NCBI RefSeq assembly: GCF_002113885.1
Contig: NW_018407384.1
Coordinates: 692,792-756,791, forward strand
Origin: Mizuhopecten yessoensis
Taxonomy: Eukaryota
Direction: 5' to 3'
DNA: 64,000 bases
A model generated the notes under the pieces. That model had not been told where the DNA came from, searched no databases, and saw only the letters and a list, made by a program, of their open reading frames with translations. Below, in pieces: positions 38,691-52,579 of the stretch. The stretch's first letter is position 1; every line of letters begins with the position of its first letter. The position numbers were made by a program, and so were the translations under genes.

Positions 38691-39570
38691 TGTGTATTTT
38701 ACAAATACACAAGTCCTGCAATTTTACACAAAATATAACAGACTGGTGATGTTTCAGGCTTTGTCAATTACAAATATACATTGAATTATTATTTTACGAT
38801 GAAATGAAAGGCTTGTGTTTAACCAATGTTGTATTGAAAGGCATTTCTACATTGAAATTAATTCTAAAAGAAATCTAACACTAACTTAAAGGACCTACTT
38901 TTTGACATCAAGTGACAAAATTCGTCCTAAATAATAACCCATGTGCACGAGTTTTGACTTAAATACAGACAAGTGGAAATTGTGATAGCTGTTATCGTCT
39001 AAGTAAGCACTTAACAAGATATTGTGGATTTTTTAATTTGCTTCTATATCATTCATAGATTTTCTAAAAATTGTATCCGTTGTTTGTGAAATTATTTGAT
39101 GCTGTTGTATATATTGTCCTTGTTTTGATGCTTTGATATTTTCTGCACTTTTGTTTTGTGTATAATACAAAAACGCCAGTTCTGTAATTGTACACAGCAT
39201 ACAACAGTCTATTCATGTTACTGGCTTTGTTAAGTTTCATATATACCTTGAGTCATAATTAAGCTTTTATACGATGTAATGCAATGCTTGTCTATATACA
39301 ATGTTGTATAGACAGGCATTTCTACACTGAAGTTGATCTTAAAAGGAATCCGGAGACATAACAATAACTTTGAGGACCTACTTTTTGACATCAAGTGACA
39401 AAGTACGTCCTAAATAATAACCCCTTTGCTCAGTTTTGGACTTAAAACAGATGAGTAGAAATTGTGATAGTTGTTATCGACTAAGTAAGCGCTTATGTAA
39501 ATCTTGTGGATATTTTATTCGCTTCTCTATCACTCACGGGCTATCTAAAAAATGTATACGTTGTTTGTGA
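38680..39570. repeat. Diverged ~460-bp tandem duplication
   Basis: GGACCTACTTTTTGACATCAAGTGACAAA and other blocks occur at ~38890 and ~39375. Confidence 0.8.
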
Positions 39571-40499
39571 GATGGTTGGAAATGACTTGTGATTTATATT
39601 CTGCTAAATAATCATAATGTTTGAAAGTGTTTGATATTATGAAGTTTAAAGTATGGAAAAGAAATAGAAATACTCAATAACCGAAGGCTGAAATCTATAT
39701 TTAGCACAGCCAATGCTGGAGTCGGAGGATTAGTCCTAAGTACATTGCTATTTTCATATGCATAAATAGTATTACAAATGATATTAACATATAATGACAT
39801 GAAGTTGTTGGCTGATGATACAACACTTTTTGCTTTTATGGATGCTAGAAAGGGTTAAAGTTGCTGAAAATGAAGACCTAGTGAATATCATTACACAATC
39901 TTAAATATGAAATGCTAGATTAAACCTTGTAAAAGGTAACTTTATTATCTTACAAGAAAAAGAGATGGTTACACTGTCACTTCAGAATGAAACACAAACT
40001 GCTTATGGTAATTTGAACGAACATGTCCAAATTATACGGAAGTACATTGGAACACCTATAAGCAATTACACTGTACATATTTTAGATGCCTTAAATATAA
40101 AACTTGAAAAAAAGAAATATAGCTTTATTATTATGTTTATCTGGCCCGTACAAGAATAATCTGATGCAACGTTGTGACATGTCAACCCTTAATCCCTTTG
40201 TCCTGAATAATAACTTCTGTAAACCTTTTTGAACTTGAACTTAATACAGTGAATATGACAATTTGAACTTGTGAGAGCTGTTATCGGCTAGGTAAACATT
40301 AATTTTGATAGCGGGATTGTTTTTATGGGTGAGTAGCACATGTGTTTACTTCAAAGTTCATGACTTACACCATTTAGGTAAGGTTGAAAAGGAACACAAG
40401 ATTTCATCCCTATATAGATGGCTTCATTGGGCCATTGAAAAGCTTCAAGTACATCCCCTATAAAGGTAGATACCGTAGATCATTCATTTCCACAAAAGA

Positions 40500-41580
40500 A
40501 TCCCCTACATATGTAACAACTCTAGGCGGATATGAACCTCCAATTACATCTCCGCTATAGGTGGCTACATTGGGTAAAGGCGAACCTCCAAATACATCCT
40601 CTATACAGGTAGCTACATTGGGTAAACACGAACCTCTAATTACAACCTCTATACAGGTAGCTACATACGGTAAACGCGAACCTCTTATTAAATCATCTAT
40701 ACAGGTAGCTACATTGGGTATACGCGAACCTCTTATGACATCGTCTAATCAGGTAGCTACATTGGGTAAACGCGAACCTCTTATTACAACCTCTATACAG
40801 GTAGCTACATTGGGTAAACGCGAACCTCTCATTTCAACCTCTTTTAAGGTAGCTACATTGGGTAAACGCGAACCTCTAATTACAACCTCTATACAGGAAG
40901 CTACATTAGGTAATCGCGAACTTCAATTACATCCTCTATATAGGTAGCTACACTGGGTAAACGCGAACCTCAAATTACAACCTCTATACAGGAAGCTACA
41001 CTGGGTTAACGCAAACCTCTAATTACAACATCTATACAGGTAGCTAAATTTGGTTAATGCGAACCTTTAATTACAACTTCTATACAGGTAGCTTCATTGG
41101 GTAAAGGCGAGCCTCTTGTTACAACCTTTGTGCAGGTAGCTACATTCGGTTAATGCGAACCTCTAATTACATCCTCTATACAGGTAGCTACATTGGGTTA
41201 ACGCGAACCTCTAGTTACAACCTCTATACAGGTAGCTACACTGGGCGAATGTGAATCTTCAATTACATCATCGATATAGGTAGCTTCACTGGACCAACGT
41301 GAATCTCCAATTACATCCCTTACATGTAGAACTACACTTGGCCAATGTGAATCCCCATCACATACCTTTCATAAGTAGCTTCACTAGGTCAATGTGAAAC
41401 TCCAGTTACATTCCCTACACATCTAGATACACAGGGTAAGTGTTCAGAAGTAGCTACACTGGGTAATCCCAGTCCTATCCCCTACATGTGAAGCTACGTT
41501 GGATGAATGTGAACATCCAATTACATCCTTTACAAGGTTGTTACATTCGGTCATTGAGAACCTCCAATTTCATTTATCCA
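40500..41580. repeat. 48-bp satellite, variant 1 (CAGGTAGCTACATTGGGTAAACGCGAACCTCTAATTACAACCTCTATA)
   Basis: Direct tandem repeat; the ORF at 40561-40947 has a 16-aa period. Confidence 0.93.
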
Positions 41581-44059
41581 GCTGCACTGAGTCAATGAGT
41601 CAATGTGTATGTCTTAAGATATGTACAAAACGTTTTCTACTTGATATTTCCATCGAAAAGTAATATCACACGATATAAATTATACATTTATTTTAGATGA
41701 TTATGCAACTGATTATATTTATGAAATACGTGTGGTGGAGCTAGCCATATTAGCCACAAATTTAGCTAAAGGATGCTCATTTTGTCGTGAGCCCCTTCGT
41801 CTGTCATGTAGTGTGAATATTCATATTAAGTGCCGTAGCTGCATACTTGAAGCATGTTGCAACAGGGATAAAAACATGGAAATAATATCTGGGATGTCAA
41901 CACAAATTAGATGCAGATATGTTACATACATGTATGTGAATATCTTCATGTAAAGTAGAAAAATAAATGTTTACTTGTATATTTGTATATGCCAAAAAGT
42001 TACAGTATATGGTTACAAAAAATGGACAGTCAGGACTCTCATATAACCACTTAAAACTCGCTTTTGAAAGGGGAGGGTCAGAAGGTCTTGAAAATGTTTT
42101 AAAAGAAAAGAATTCATTTAATGCTGTCAGAAAAATCAAGACTATCCTGAACAAAATTATTTATAATATTTCTCAATAAATTCAGTTTTGTTTATTTTCT
42201 TTATTACTTATATATTTACGTAAGATATTACTTTCTTCCCCAATTTTACGGATAATAGTAAACTTTATTTCGTTATAAGTACAAAAACAATATAATTAGT
42301 GTAATTCAGTATACATTTGACTTCAACTCTATGCTTGCTGGCAATGTTTTACCTTTTTGCTTTTTAAATAATCTTTTAATCTTTTTCTCTTAGTCCCGTA
42401 ACATTTACTTAGTTGTATTGTGTTTGTATTGTTTGCCTTATAGTTGTAATGTACATATATACGTGCTTGGGTTGTATTGTTATTAGTGCTTGTGTCTTTG
42501 TGTGTATTGGATCATTTACAGGTATCTCATGTACAGTTGTTAATTGACCCTCGTGTGCTGCACTTTTGTTTACATCATCAACGTATATTGTCGAAACATA
42601 ACATTTATTTATTCAAAATCGGTGTTTATTTCATCTAAATAAATACTTAAGTTTTTGCCAGTGCTCTGGTTAAAAATGCCTTATGAAAAAAAGTTCCTGT
42701 TAATTTTTACTGGTTTTAACCGTCAGTTTGGAAAAAAAATATAGTTTGAACATATCTTGCTTGTCCTTATTCATTACATAATGATGCATGATTAAGCAGA
42801 AAATGGAAAAATACATATGAGGTTTTGAGACAAATATTGTAATGTTACGTTATAAAGGATGTCCTATTTTGTTGTATCTAAACATGTTTCGGAACACTTA
42901 AGCGGAGGTTTTCAAAATTTTGACCTTATAAGTACCACTGACGGAACGATATGGCCATGTTGTTAAGGTACGTTTGGCTAACTGCAGCGACACACAATCT
43001 TTCAGATAAACTCTTCTTTCCAACGGATTCTTACTATAGTGATTGTTTCACGGCACAGTGTAGCTGACACTCCTTGTGGACTATCCATTCCCAAGGTTGG
43101 ATTATTCTGCAGCCGGAGTTGATTCTAGCACGGTTTATATATATGAAACACAGGTTTCAAACGCAGTGTCTCACATTTGCAATGTTATGAAAGAGTGTCT
43201 TGAGTTATTTCCCTTTTCTGCATTTCTATAAATATCTCGGAACACTTCAGACATAGATTTACCGAAAGGAATGAAATGGTTACGTGATGCAGTCAATGTT
43301 AAGTGTTTAATCATGTAAGACTAATTAATGTTAACAATATACCCTTAACACTCACTTCTAGGGATTATTTGCCATTTTTCTAATAATGGTCTTTTGAAAC
43401 CATCAAGATAGTCAGATTTTGATTCATAATAACAACACTTTTCATGAAAATGCGTTAACGTTGTTCATTCGAGAAAGTGCTCTTTTTTTCAAAATTTCTA
43501 AATATTTATCTAGATTTCTGATTTATGATAATTGATAATAACTTGAATTTCATCGTCACGTGGTTTCCGTAGTGATTCAAGTCAATGACCATACACACGT
43601 GGTTTCTATAATTAATTATGCTGGTTATATATTAGTACGTGAACTTTCTATAGTAGCACAGATGCAAGACATGCCCTTTCTATATAAATCGACAGTATGC
43701 CGTAATCACATAATTGAGCTGTTTACCTTTTTTGAGGATAGTTCTCCCAAATCGCGATATGAGCATGGTTGATTTTCTCCGAATATAAAGAAAAGTAAAA
43801 AAACCCAGATAAAACATCAAAAGATAAATAGTATACAGGTTATATGAAATATACACTAATCTAAAATACATCTTGTCATTGTAGGTAATAGTAAAACAAA
43901 AATGCAATCATATGTAATATTTGCTTTTCAATTAAAGTTTATTTGATATTAAACATAGTGTGTGTCATGGATTAACTGCTATAAATGCAATTAAGCGTTT
44001 TAATAGAATCGTGTTTCACATTAACCACTTTGGTCGATTTGAAAAAACAACATCCTTCT

Positions 44060-47000
44060 TCATTCTTCGAGCGTAGTATACGTATAAGCTTTAGACTTCT
44101 CCATTCGTGAATCAATGAATAAAAATCTGAAATAGAAAGTACAGTGATCATTAATATGATAAATGGAACCCGAGACTGTGAAGGACTAAAGTTTCATGGT
44201 AGGTTTAACCTTAGTCTCTACGTAACGTCTATTTCGTAACTAATGAAACAATTTTTTTTTGTTTTAAAGTTTAATATCACAGAGAAATGTTGCACGTTAC
44301 GGACATAACATAATTGTGTTCTACTATAAGTTACCAATTATGTAAGCCACAGTGGAAATGCTATTGTACCAGATAAAATATCTCACTGGCGAAAGCGCTT
44401 CAAAGCCACACACTTATGAAATAGTGAACATGGTGTTGTACCAGTAGTAAATATATCCTACTAGCAAAAATATAGCTAGGTCACTAGTCATAACAGATCA
44501 CATGGTGACGAATTAAATGTTACTTTAGCACAGTGTGCAAATTTAGACAGATGTCAAAATATCCCCCACAAGTTTTTCTTTCATATATTAAATAGTATTA
44601 TCCTGTTTTGAGATTTTGTGAAAATCTGTATATTGTCCGCAAAATAGTAGCACATATGTCCAACGGTAACATGGCGATTCTAAGTTTCATCATCAGAAAA
44701 ATGTATGGTCTGCTGATTGAGTAAACTAAGATTTATTGAAATAAAATTGTATATACTGTCGAGATATTTTGGGTTCTCTTCATAATTCATACATCGATTC
44801 AAGTTACTTTACACTTTGGATTAGTAGATGTTCTGATATGAAATTTTTCATATCCCTTTTCATAAAAAAACAAAAGATGCCTTTTGGCTTGAATGTAAGC
44901 CATTATACATTTTATATACGTACACAATGAGAACACATGCGATTCCGGTATAACCAGCAAACAGGAGGAACGTGAAACCTCGGAACCAATCAACAGTGGC
45001 GGCGTAGATGGCGTTACCAGTCACGATTCCTACAACGGCACAAATATTCTCTACTGCTGCAACTCCGGCAAATAGGGAACCTGTGTACAAGAAAAAGGGT
45101 ACAAAAATGTTAGTGTATTATGTAGGTGCTTTGTGACTGCTAAAACGTACTGTTTTTGTCTAGGTGTTGGGCGAATGATGATACTTGACTTGTTGGCCAA
45201 TTGATGTACTGTGAAAGATGCTACCTTCCTTGTTGTTCAGACGGTATTGATTAAATAATGATGATTGCCTTGTTATTTGGTGTTGGGTGAACACTGAACT
45301 TGTTGTTCTGGATCTGTTGTGAGAATTTTGCTACCTTCCTTGTTGTTCAGACGGTGTTGCATGGATGATTATACTTGCCTTGTTGTTTAGGTGATGTTTT
45401 ATGAATAATGATGCTTAATTTGTTTTTCAGGTGGCGTTGTGTGAATGATGATACTTTCCTTGTTGTTGAGGAGGTTTTGTATGAATGATTATACTTGCCT
45501 TGTTGTTCACAACGTGTTGTCTTGTTGTGATATACAAGTTATTCCTCTTATGTGACCTTAACAGGCAATGACTGTGACTATCCCAATTCTATTTTTAATG
45601 CAATAACATTGATAAGAAAAAAAGCAAACAAAAACAAAAAACCGTCAGATGTCTTTTGACTGAATATACTCATATTGTTGAGGTGCAATGTATGTTATAC
45701 CTTCTGAAAGGGATTTAATAGGCAATGCCTGTGTCGAATCCAATTTTATTCTTAATGAAATACAGAAATACAAATAATTTGAAACTAAATGTATAACAAT
45801 TTCAGAAGTCATTTGACTGAGATAATTATATCGGTGAGGTGGAACAGACGATACTTGCCTTGTTGTTCAGGAGATGTCATGTGCGACATTATCGCTCTTA
45901 TGATTGGCACAGGTAAAGCCCCCATGAAACTGATAAAGGCAACTGGAACATAAGAAAGAGAAAGTAGAATGTTGCAAATACTTGTGTAGTTCTCGCGTTT
46001 AATTGCATATCTTACTAAAAACAGACGGACATACCTATTAGCATCATGAGTTCGTTAGTCGCCAGTGCCTCTAGCACGTATCCTGCTATATAGGATAGAG
46101 TACCTATAATACCGATCACGTGTTCCCCCATACACATCTGGAAAGGTTTCATGAGTCCCATACCAATGACGAGGGGCAGTCCTGTCCGAAGAGTAGTGTA
46201 CCAGCCCACCTTCACGGGCGTCCAGCAGAACGGGGAGTTAAGCTGATACAGCGTCTCAATGCCAGTCTTTCCAAAATTAGCGAGAAAACTGAAGAGCAAA
46301 GCCAACAAACACGCCCAGAACTTCCAACGTTTGCCGACAGGTGAAACATCTTTGGTATAAAAGAGAAATATATTTCTAATCGTCTGCATAACACTGTGTT
46401 TTCGTGAATATTCTTTTTGCAGTGTTTCCGGAAAAAAAAGCGCAACCACGACTCCTATACATGTGACAGATGCACTGATCGTCATTGCCGTGTTATAGCC
46501 GACGCCGTCAATAAGGTAGCCGGACAAGGCTGATCCCACTAGGGCGCCCATGCCCACCGCTATCTCTATCAATACTATAGCAAAGGTTCTTGACTTTCCT
46601 GACCGAGTGATATCTGCTACGGCAGCAAAGCCGATAGAAAGGGAGGCGATCCAGCCACCAGTGGACCCGCCCACAAACTTGAAGGCAAGCAAGGCGTAAA
46701 TGTTCCATTTAAGGTATATGCCTACTGCAAACATTGCAGTTGCGATAAATTGGCCTGTGACAGTTATGAATATAAACGGTTTTCGTCCATATATATCACT
46801 CATTGACGCAAATAAAAGGTTGGAAAATATTGCTGGAATTCCAGAACTTAAGGCAGCGTAAATATTGTAGGCGGATGCGATTCTTTGGACCTCTTGTTGG
46901 TCTAAATACTCCTGAGAAGTTTTGTTTTCAAAGCAAACGATTTCTTCGACACTATTGTTAAAAAGTTTACCTGGAAATTGTTCTTCTTCGATAACATCAT

Positions 47001-47271
47001 AAACGTATTGTGCAATGATCAAAGAATTGGTAGCAAAGCTAAAGAGCATGATAAAAACTACAGGTCCTAGCAAGTAGAATTGCAGCGGAATCCTGACCTT
47101 GACATCACGTCCGGTATCGCACGGTTTTATGTCCACGTCTGCTGTCGCAGACTTAGAAAGAAGAGGAGATTTCTCATCAGTTATTTCACATGACTCAAAT
47201 CGGTTGGCTTTTACAACAGGGTCGGGAAATTCTTCCTTTGGCTGTTTGCCAGAGAAATCGGAGTTCTCCAT
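44060..47271 (-). CDS. SLC46A: SLC46A-family MFS transporter, gene C, 514 aa; coding exons 47271-46035, 45942-45859, 45080-44924, 44126-44060
   Basis: ASMSDIYGRK; AVADIT; LNSPFCWTPVKVGWY; 84-nt exon VAFISFMGALPVPIIRAIMSHMTSPEQQG ending at a GC donor (AAG|GCAAGT); 157-nt exon; last exon FLFIDSRMEKSKAYTYTTLEE*. 1545 nt in frame. Confidence 0.9.
45140..45530. repeat. ~40-bp intronic minisatellite derived from the 84-nt exon end/donor of gene C
   Basis: ATACTTGCCTTGTTGTT recurs and matches the real junction at 45851-45870. Confidence 0.85.
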
Positions 47272-47779
47272 TTTGTTATGAGAAATTAAGGTTAGTCATC
47301 CTTGTTGGTCAGCATACTGTTTATCGGTTTTGAAAGTCTACGTCTTGCAGAACTACTCCAGCCTACCGACAAAAATACAAAATCTATTAATCATTTCATA
47401 GATCCTGCAATCCAAATAATGACACTAATAATATTCTTATTGTGTGTAACATAAGATTTATTGAGAATCTTTAATATTCACTGACTTGATATTAATTTAT
47501 TTTTACAGAGGAATGTCTTTTTATTGGAATAACTATTATGTTATGAATTAATTTCAAAAATTACACATACAAAAACATTACTTTTTACCCAACTATAGAA
47601 AAAACATTACTTATTTCATTACTTGATGTTAAGAACCCATTATTTAGAACTGTTAAAGAAAACAATATATGAAATTGGGTACGTAAAAAATGTTGTTTTT
47701 TTCGTAGGAAGCACTTAAGAAAGGAAGGCAGAGCATGATACGTATTATGTTTAGTATATATGTGAAAGACGTGAAAAAG

Positions 47780-48620
47780 ATAGAGCATGCAATACATGCA
47801 GTCTTGTATATGTGTGATGGAGTGAGAAAGGCAGATCATGCTACACATGAAGTGTTGTATATGTGTGATGGAGTGAGAAAGGCATATCATGCTATCCATA
47901 AAGTGTTGTATATGTGTGATGGAGTGAGAAAGACAGATCATGCTACACATGAAGCGTTGTATATGTGTGAAGGATGAGAAAGACAATGCATGCTTCATAT
48001 GAAGTGTTGTATATGTGTGATGGAGTGAGAAAGACAAATCATGCTTCACATAAAGTGTTATATATGTGTGATGGAGTGAGAAAGACAGATTAAAATATCC
48101 ATGAAGTGTTGTATATGTGTCTTGGAGTGAGAAAGACAGATAATGCTATACATGAAGCGTTGTATATGTGTGATGGAGTGAGAAAGGCAGATCATGCTAC
48201 ACATGAAGCGTTGTATATGTGCGATGAAGTGCGAAAGACAAATCATGCTAAACATGAAGTGTTGTATATGTGTGATGGAGTGAGAAAGACAAATCTTGCT
48301 ACACATGAAGTGTTGTATATGTGTGATGGAGTGAGAAAGACAGATCATGCTACACACGAAGTATTGAATATGTGTGGTGAAGTGCGAAAGGCAGATTATG
48401 CTATACATGATGTGTTTATATGTGTGGTGGAGTGAGAAAGGCAGATTATGCTACACATAAATATTATTAGGTGTCATGGAGTGAGAAAGGCAGATCATGC
48501 TACACATGAAGTGTTGTATGTGTGTGATGGAGTGAGAAAGGCAGATCATGCGATACTTGAACTGTTGTATATATGATGTAAGTGAAGAAGGCAAAGCGTG
48601 TTACACATATAGTCTAGTAT
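47780..48620. repeat. 51-bp minisatellite upstream of the gene C start
   Basis: ATGAAGTGTTGTATATGTGTGATGGAGTGAGAAAGACAGATCATGCTACAC repeats; 17-aa ORF period. Confidence 0.93.
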
Positions 48621-48889
48621 ATGTTTGAATGATTTTAGGCAGAGCATCATGCGAGGGAGGACATGCTACACGATATCGTCAAGAAATACGTACATGTACT
48701 AACTAATAATATTTTTTCTATGTTATCTTATTGATAAACCATTAATCTAATAGACCAACTGCATCCTACTGTATGTTGTAATAGGTGACTAATGTGGGAC
48801 TCTTACGACTGTTCAGAGGACACTAAAGAAACCAAAATCAATTTTTTGCCCCAATCGCAATAATTTGTATTTCTCTTCTACATCTCCTA

Positions 48890-48977
48890 AAGCTCTCGTC
48901 TCCATACTACCTTACCGTGAAGCTCTCGTCTCCATACTACCTTACCGTGAAGCTCTCGTCTACATACTACCTTACCG
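48890..48977. repeat. 30-bp tandem triplication
   Basis: AAGCTCTCGTCTCCATACTACCTTACCGTG x3. Confidence 0.93.
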
Positions 48978-49213
48978 GTGTGATACCTGAATCTCCAAAC
49001 AAACACAAATTACTGATAAAACATTTTGGGACATAGTTGAAGTTTGTAAATTACCTAGATGATATACTACTGCAGTAGAAGGATACCATAACGCCTAACA
49101 TATATTAGTTCTGTATTATACTATGTTCGACAGACACACATTGTAATCAAAGGCTGCATGGACATTCGGACACGGCCATGCCAGTGTATTCTAGCGTAAT
49201 ATATAATACTTAC

Positions 49214-49360
49214 CCGAGGTAGATTCACCATAACATAAATATAAGACACAAGTCACCCAGTCACAAGTGATATACACACAAGATGACACACTTACACCTA
49301 TACGTTCGTGTATAGTAAATAACGAGACATTGTAAACACGTGGTGTTATCAGTCTAAACG
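49214..49360 (-). promoter_or_regulatory. Possible non-coding first exon/promoter of gene C
   Basis: Strong donor CGG|GTAAGT at 49214/49213; candidate acceptor near 47363; CACGTG E-box at ~49337. Inferred by analogy with gene B. Confidence 0.35.
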
Positions 49361-49450
49361 TCCCAGATAAAGGACTACATGCGTTTTCATATATATTGGT
49401 CAGACATACAGCAGACATTAACACTAGATATACTGATGTTTTACATATTT

Positions 49451-49512
49451 AGGACTACGGGATCGAACCTACGACATAGAGGTCAATAGAATGGCGCACT
49501 AACCATCCTACA
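49451..49512 (-). mobile_element. Degenerate tRNA-derived SINE head
   Basis: Minus strand GTAGGATGGTTAGTGCGCC...GTCGTAGGTTCGATCCCG (A-box-like and B-box-like); no complete cloverleaf. Confidence 0.5.
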
Positions 49513-49559
49513 TTGTGCATGCAGTCCCTACAACCCCTTAACTCATTGTAGTATTGTTT

Positions 49560-49655
49560 CCACTATATAATACAATAAGAGAATTTCCCTAAATGCTGAA
49601 CGTTAAAGAGGTAAGAACAACCACCATTTTTAAAGATTTTGGTATGTCCCGGTCG
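49560..49655 (-). mobile_element. SINE central-domain fragment (Meta-SINE-like)
   Basis: ATGCTGAACGTTAA...ACAACCACCATTTTTAAAGATTTTGGTATGTCCCGG, recognised from memory of bivalve SINEs. Confidence 0.45.
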
Positions 49656-50822
49656 GTTTTGTTTACAATGTTTACTACGGTTAACTTAATGGTGTACCAT
49701 TAACACGTCTATGGGTTAACTTTAAACATAGTATTGATTGGTTTAAGACTCGGATACTCCTTCACATCTGCCTGACCTGTATCTGACTATAGACTCACGC
49801 ATTAGGAGAATCTTGGGGATTGTAGGGGGTCAGATTTATCGGGTTAGGGAAGCACAGGGTGTCTCCATTTTCAAAGAAATTGTACTATGGATAAACAAAA
49901 CTACATGCCTGTAAGCATTTTACGTAGTGTTTTAAAACATTTTGAGAGAACTATGTTAACAGTTTATTAACACCCCTAAGAGAAGAGACAGTCTATCATG
50001 GCTAGAATCAAATAATAATTTTTCAGGACAGAGAAAAGAAAAACACCCAGATGCACTTAATGGCACCAGCAGTGACTTGCAGGATCATTTTATTCATTTT
50101 GAACAGTTAGCTGTCAGGAAAGCTTGGAAACGTGTCATGCGTTCAAGGCGCACAGACAAACACTGTTGAGTAATCCATGGGAAGGGTAAGGTGTCTAGTT
50201 ATCAGATTACAACTTCAATAGAAAATGCCTCATTCAGGGGATTCAACCCAAAGGAATGGAATGCAGCACATAGGTGTTCCATTCAGGGACATTAAATGGT
50301 AAAGGCGAGTCAGCTTCAGAAGTTGTGTTTTTCTTCGCACAAAGCAGCAATACTAACCTACCAAGATTTACCCTACCTTTACTTAGAGTGTATTGATATA
50401 GACAAGTTTATTAATGGCCGGATTGACTACGAGTTAAAGAAAAGGTTAACATTTAGTCATCCTTAAACAAAGATAGTAGTTCACAAAAAGTTCATAATCA
50501 GTTTGTGCAATTATACATTCTGATAGTATGGGGGTGATCAGGTTAGTAAGTCACTGGATAAGAAACTAAGAAGGCAGGAAAGACGTAAAAAGAAAGCTTC
50601 TTCAGATAAGAAGGGGCTTGCATCTGTTTTCGTAATGAAGGATTCCATTGCACGAGAAATGCCCCAAGCCTTTCCTATTCTCTGTAAGCAGGTTTGCTTA
50701 GTAGAATGTGAATGTCGATGCTTATCTAATATACACAGGAAGCTAGAAAACGAGTTACAAGTACATTTATATTAAAAGTTGTGTTAGTTTTTTTACGAGA
50801 TGGCACTGCACTACAGACTCGG

Positions 50823-50899
50823 CAATCTGATTAAAATAATCTTTTAGGCTGCGTTAACTTCGTAGTGGGAGCCTTCAACAGATGATTTTAATCAGATTG
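50823..50899. mobile_element. 77-bp MITE with CAATCTGATTAAAAT TIRs and 9-bp TSD
   Basis: CAGACTCGG|CAATCTGATTAAAAT...ATTTTAATCAGATTG|CAGACTCAG; empty paralogous site at ~30849. Confidence 0.88.
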
Positions 50900-52579
50900 C
50901 AGACTCAGAATTTTAAAAGTAAGTATACATGTTTGATGAATATTTTAAGATATCGTTTTCTTGAGATTAATTTGCACAAACGAATATCAAATAATTTTAC
51001 GATAGAGACCTTAAAGCGATGAATAGTGCAATATAGAGATAAAGAGAAAACAACTTGTCAATAGAGTGTTTGGCCTGATTTTATTTAGTTAAGCGTCATA
51101 AAGCACGTCAATTGATTGTAGGTTAGATATATGTTAGAAGAGAGATTTCATGTCAAATTTTGTAAATATATTTTGAAAATTAAATCATCGATACCTAACT
51201 ACATTGTATAAATACCGGCTAAGAATTAATAAAAAAAGTACATTTTTTTTTTGCTGGACTGGATTATCAGAAAATACGCAATAAAAATAACTTATCAAAC
51301 TAATACACCATGGAAATGATGTATTGGGGCATTCTTAACGAATGTGAATTGGAAGACATCTTCCAGTCAGATTAACAAAGTGTTACACGGATTGATATTT
51401 AATTTTCCATAAAATAAAAACAAAATTTGTAGATATTTGTCGATAAGGTGTATTTATTTCTCCCAAGGGAATAGATTGCAGAATATATAAACATGGACTT
51501 GTACTACAAAATAAAGTATAAGAACACCGTTTTGGAAATTCTCTGTTAACTATAGCCAGTTAAGGACATGCAGTCCAATATTTCCTGATGAATGTGGCAA
51601 ATAGAATCATACATTCAAGTAAGAGTATGTAATATATGCACAAGATTAGCAGATGGATATCATTATCTGTTTCAAAGTCAGCGGCAACATATTGCCAATG
51701 TTAACAACCTAATGTATAAATATTGGATAGACCGTGTTTATATAGCACATACAATACTCGGTACGTGTTCCACTTCACTGGTATATTTCATGTTTATTCG
51801 TACAAAACCCGGTACGTGTTTAACTTCACTGTATATCATACAATACTCGGTACATACTTTTGTTTACTGGTACTTTTTTGTTAATTCATACAAAACTTAG
51901 TACGTGTTTCCCATCACCTTTGTGTCTGCAGTCGTCTGATGATCCGATATACCGATATAGCACACTGAAAGTACAGAAAAAAATTATCAAATAACGAAAA
52001 CTGACCTCTGTTGATTATTATTAATTTCAGAATTTGACAACTGCATTGTCGCTAGATTCAATATTTTGACGTTATATCGTTTTAAATCACTGAAATGTCA
52101 GCCATGTTACTCACAATCACTGCTTGTGCCTACAGACATACACATACGTCTGATGTTTTTTCTCGTGATGATTAAGTTTATTTTTAAACATCCAGATCTT
52201 AAACCACTTCACGTGATAAAATAAGCCATTCACTAAGTCTTTATGTTCTCTAAAGAGGTCCTATAATTTTGTTCAATAAATACTTACAGAGATAATACTC
52301 TTGCGACAGATGCGTATCCGGCAAGGACGAGAAAGGCTGCACCCCGGAATGTTTCCACGGTGTGGCCATATATCGCATTGGAAGCCACACTGCCAAACTG
52401 GGTACAAAACGTCTCCGCGATGGCTATTCCGGCAAACATAGTTCCTGAAATGAAAACAAAGAAGCAATTCTTGATGGAATAGATAAAGCAATGGAAACAC
52501 ACACAATTCTTATAAAAATAGGTTTCTCTAACACTTACTAGTATATGAAACGTTCACCTGAGCTTTCATTTACCTATTA

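Noticed and set aside
40561-40947. Repeat-protein ORFs (also 47585-48435, 52545-52925, 60369-60626)
   Set aside because: Satellite unit lengths are divisible by 3; no splice or homology support.
44860-44923. Read-through C-terminus for gene C
   Set aside because: A donor exists at the conserved 157-nt position and a phase-compatible last exon is at 44126-44060.
49451-49512. tRNA gene
   Set aside because: Only A/B-box-like motifs with no acceptor or anticodon stems; treated as a SINE remnant.
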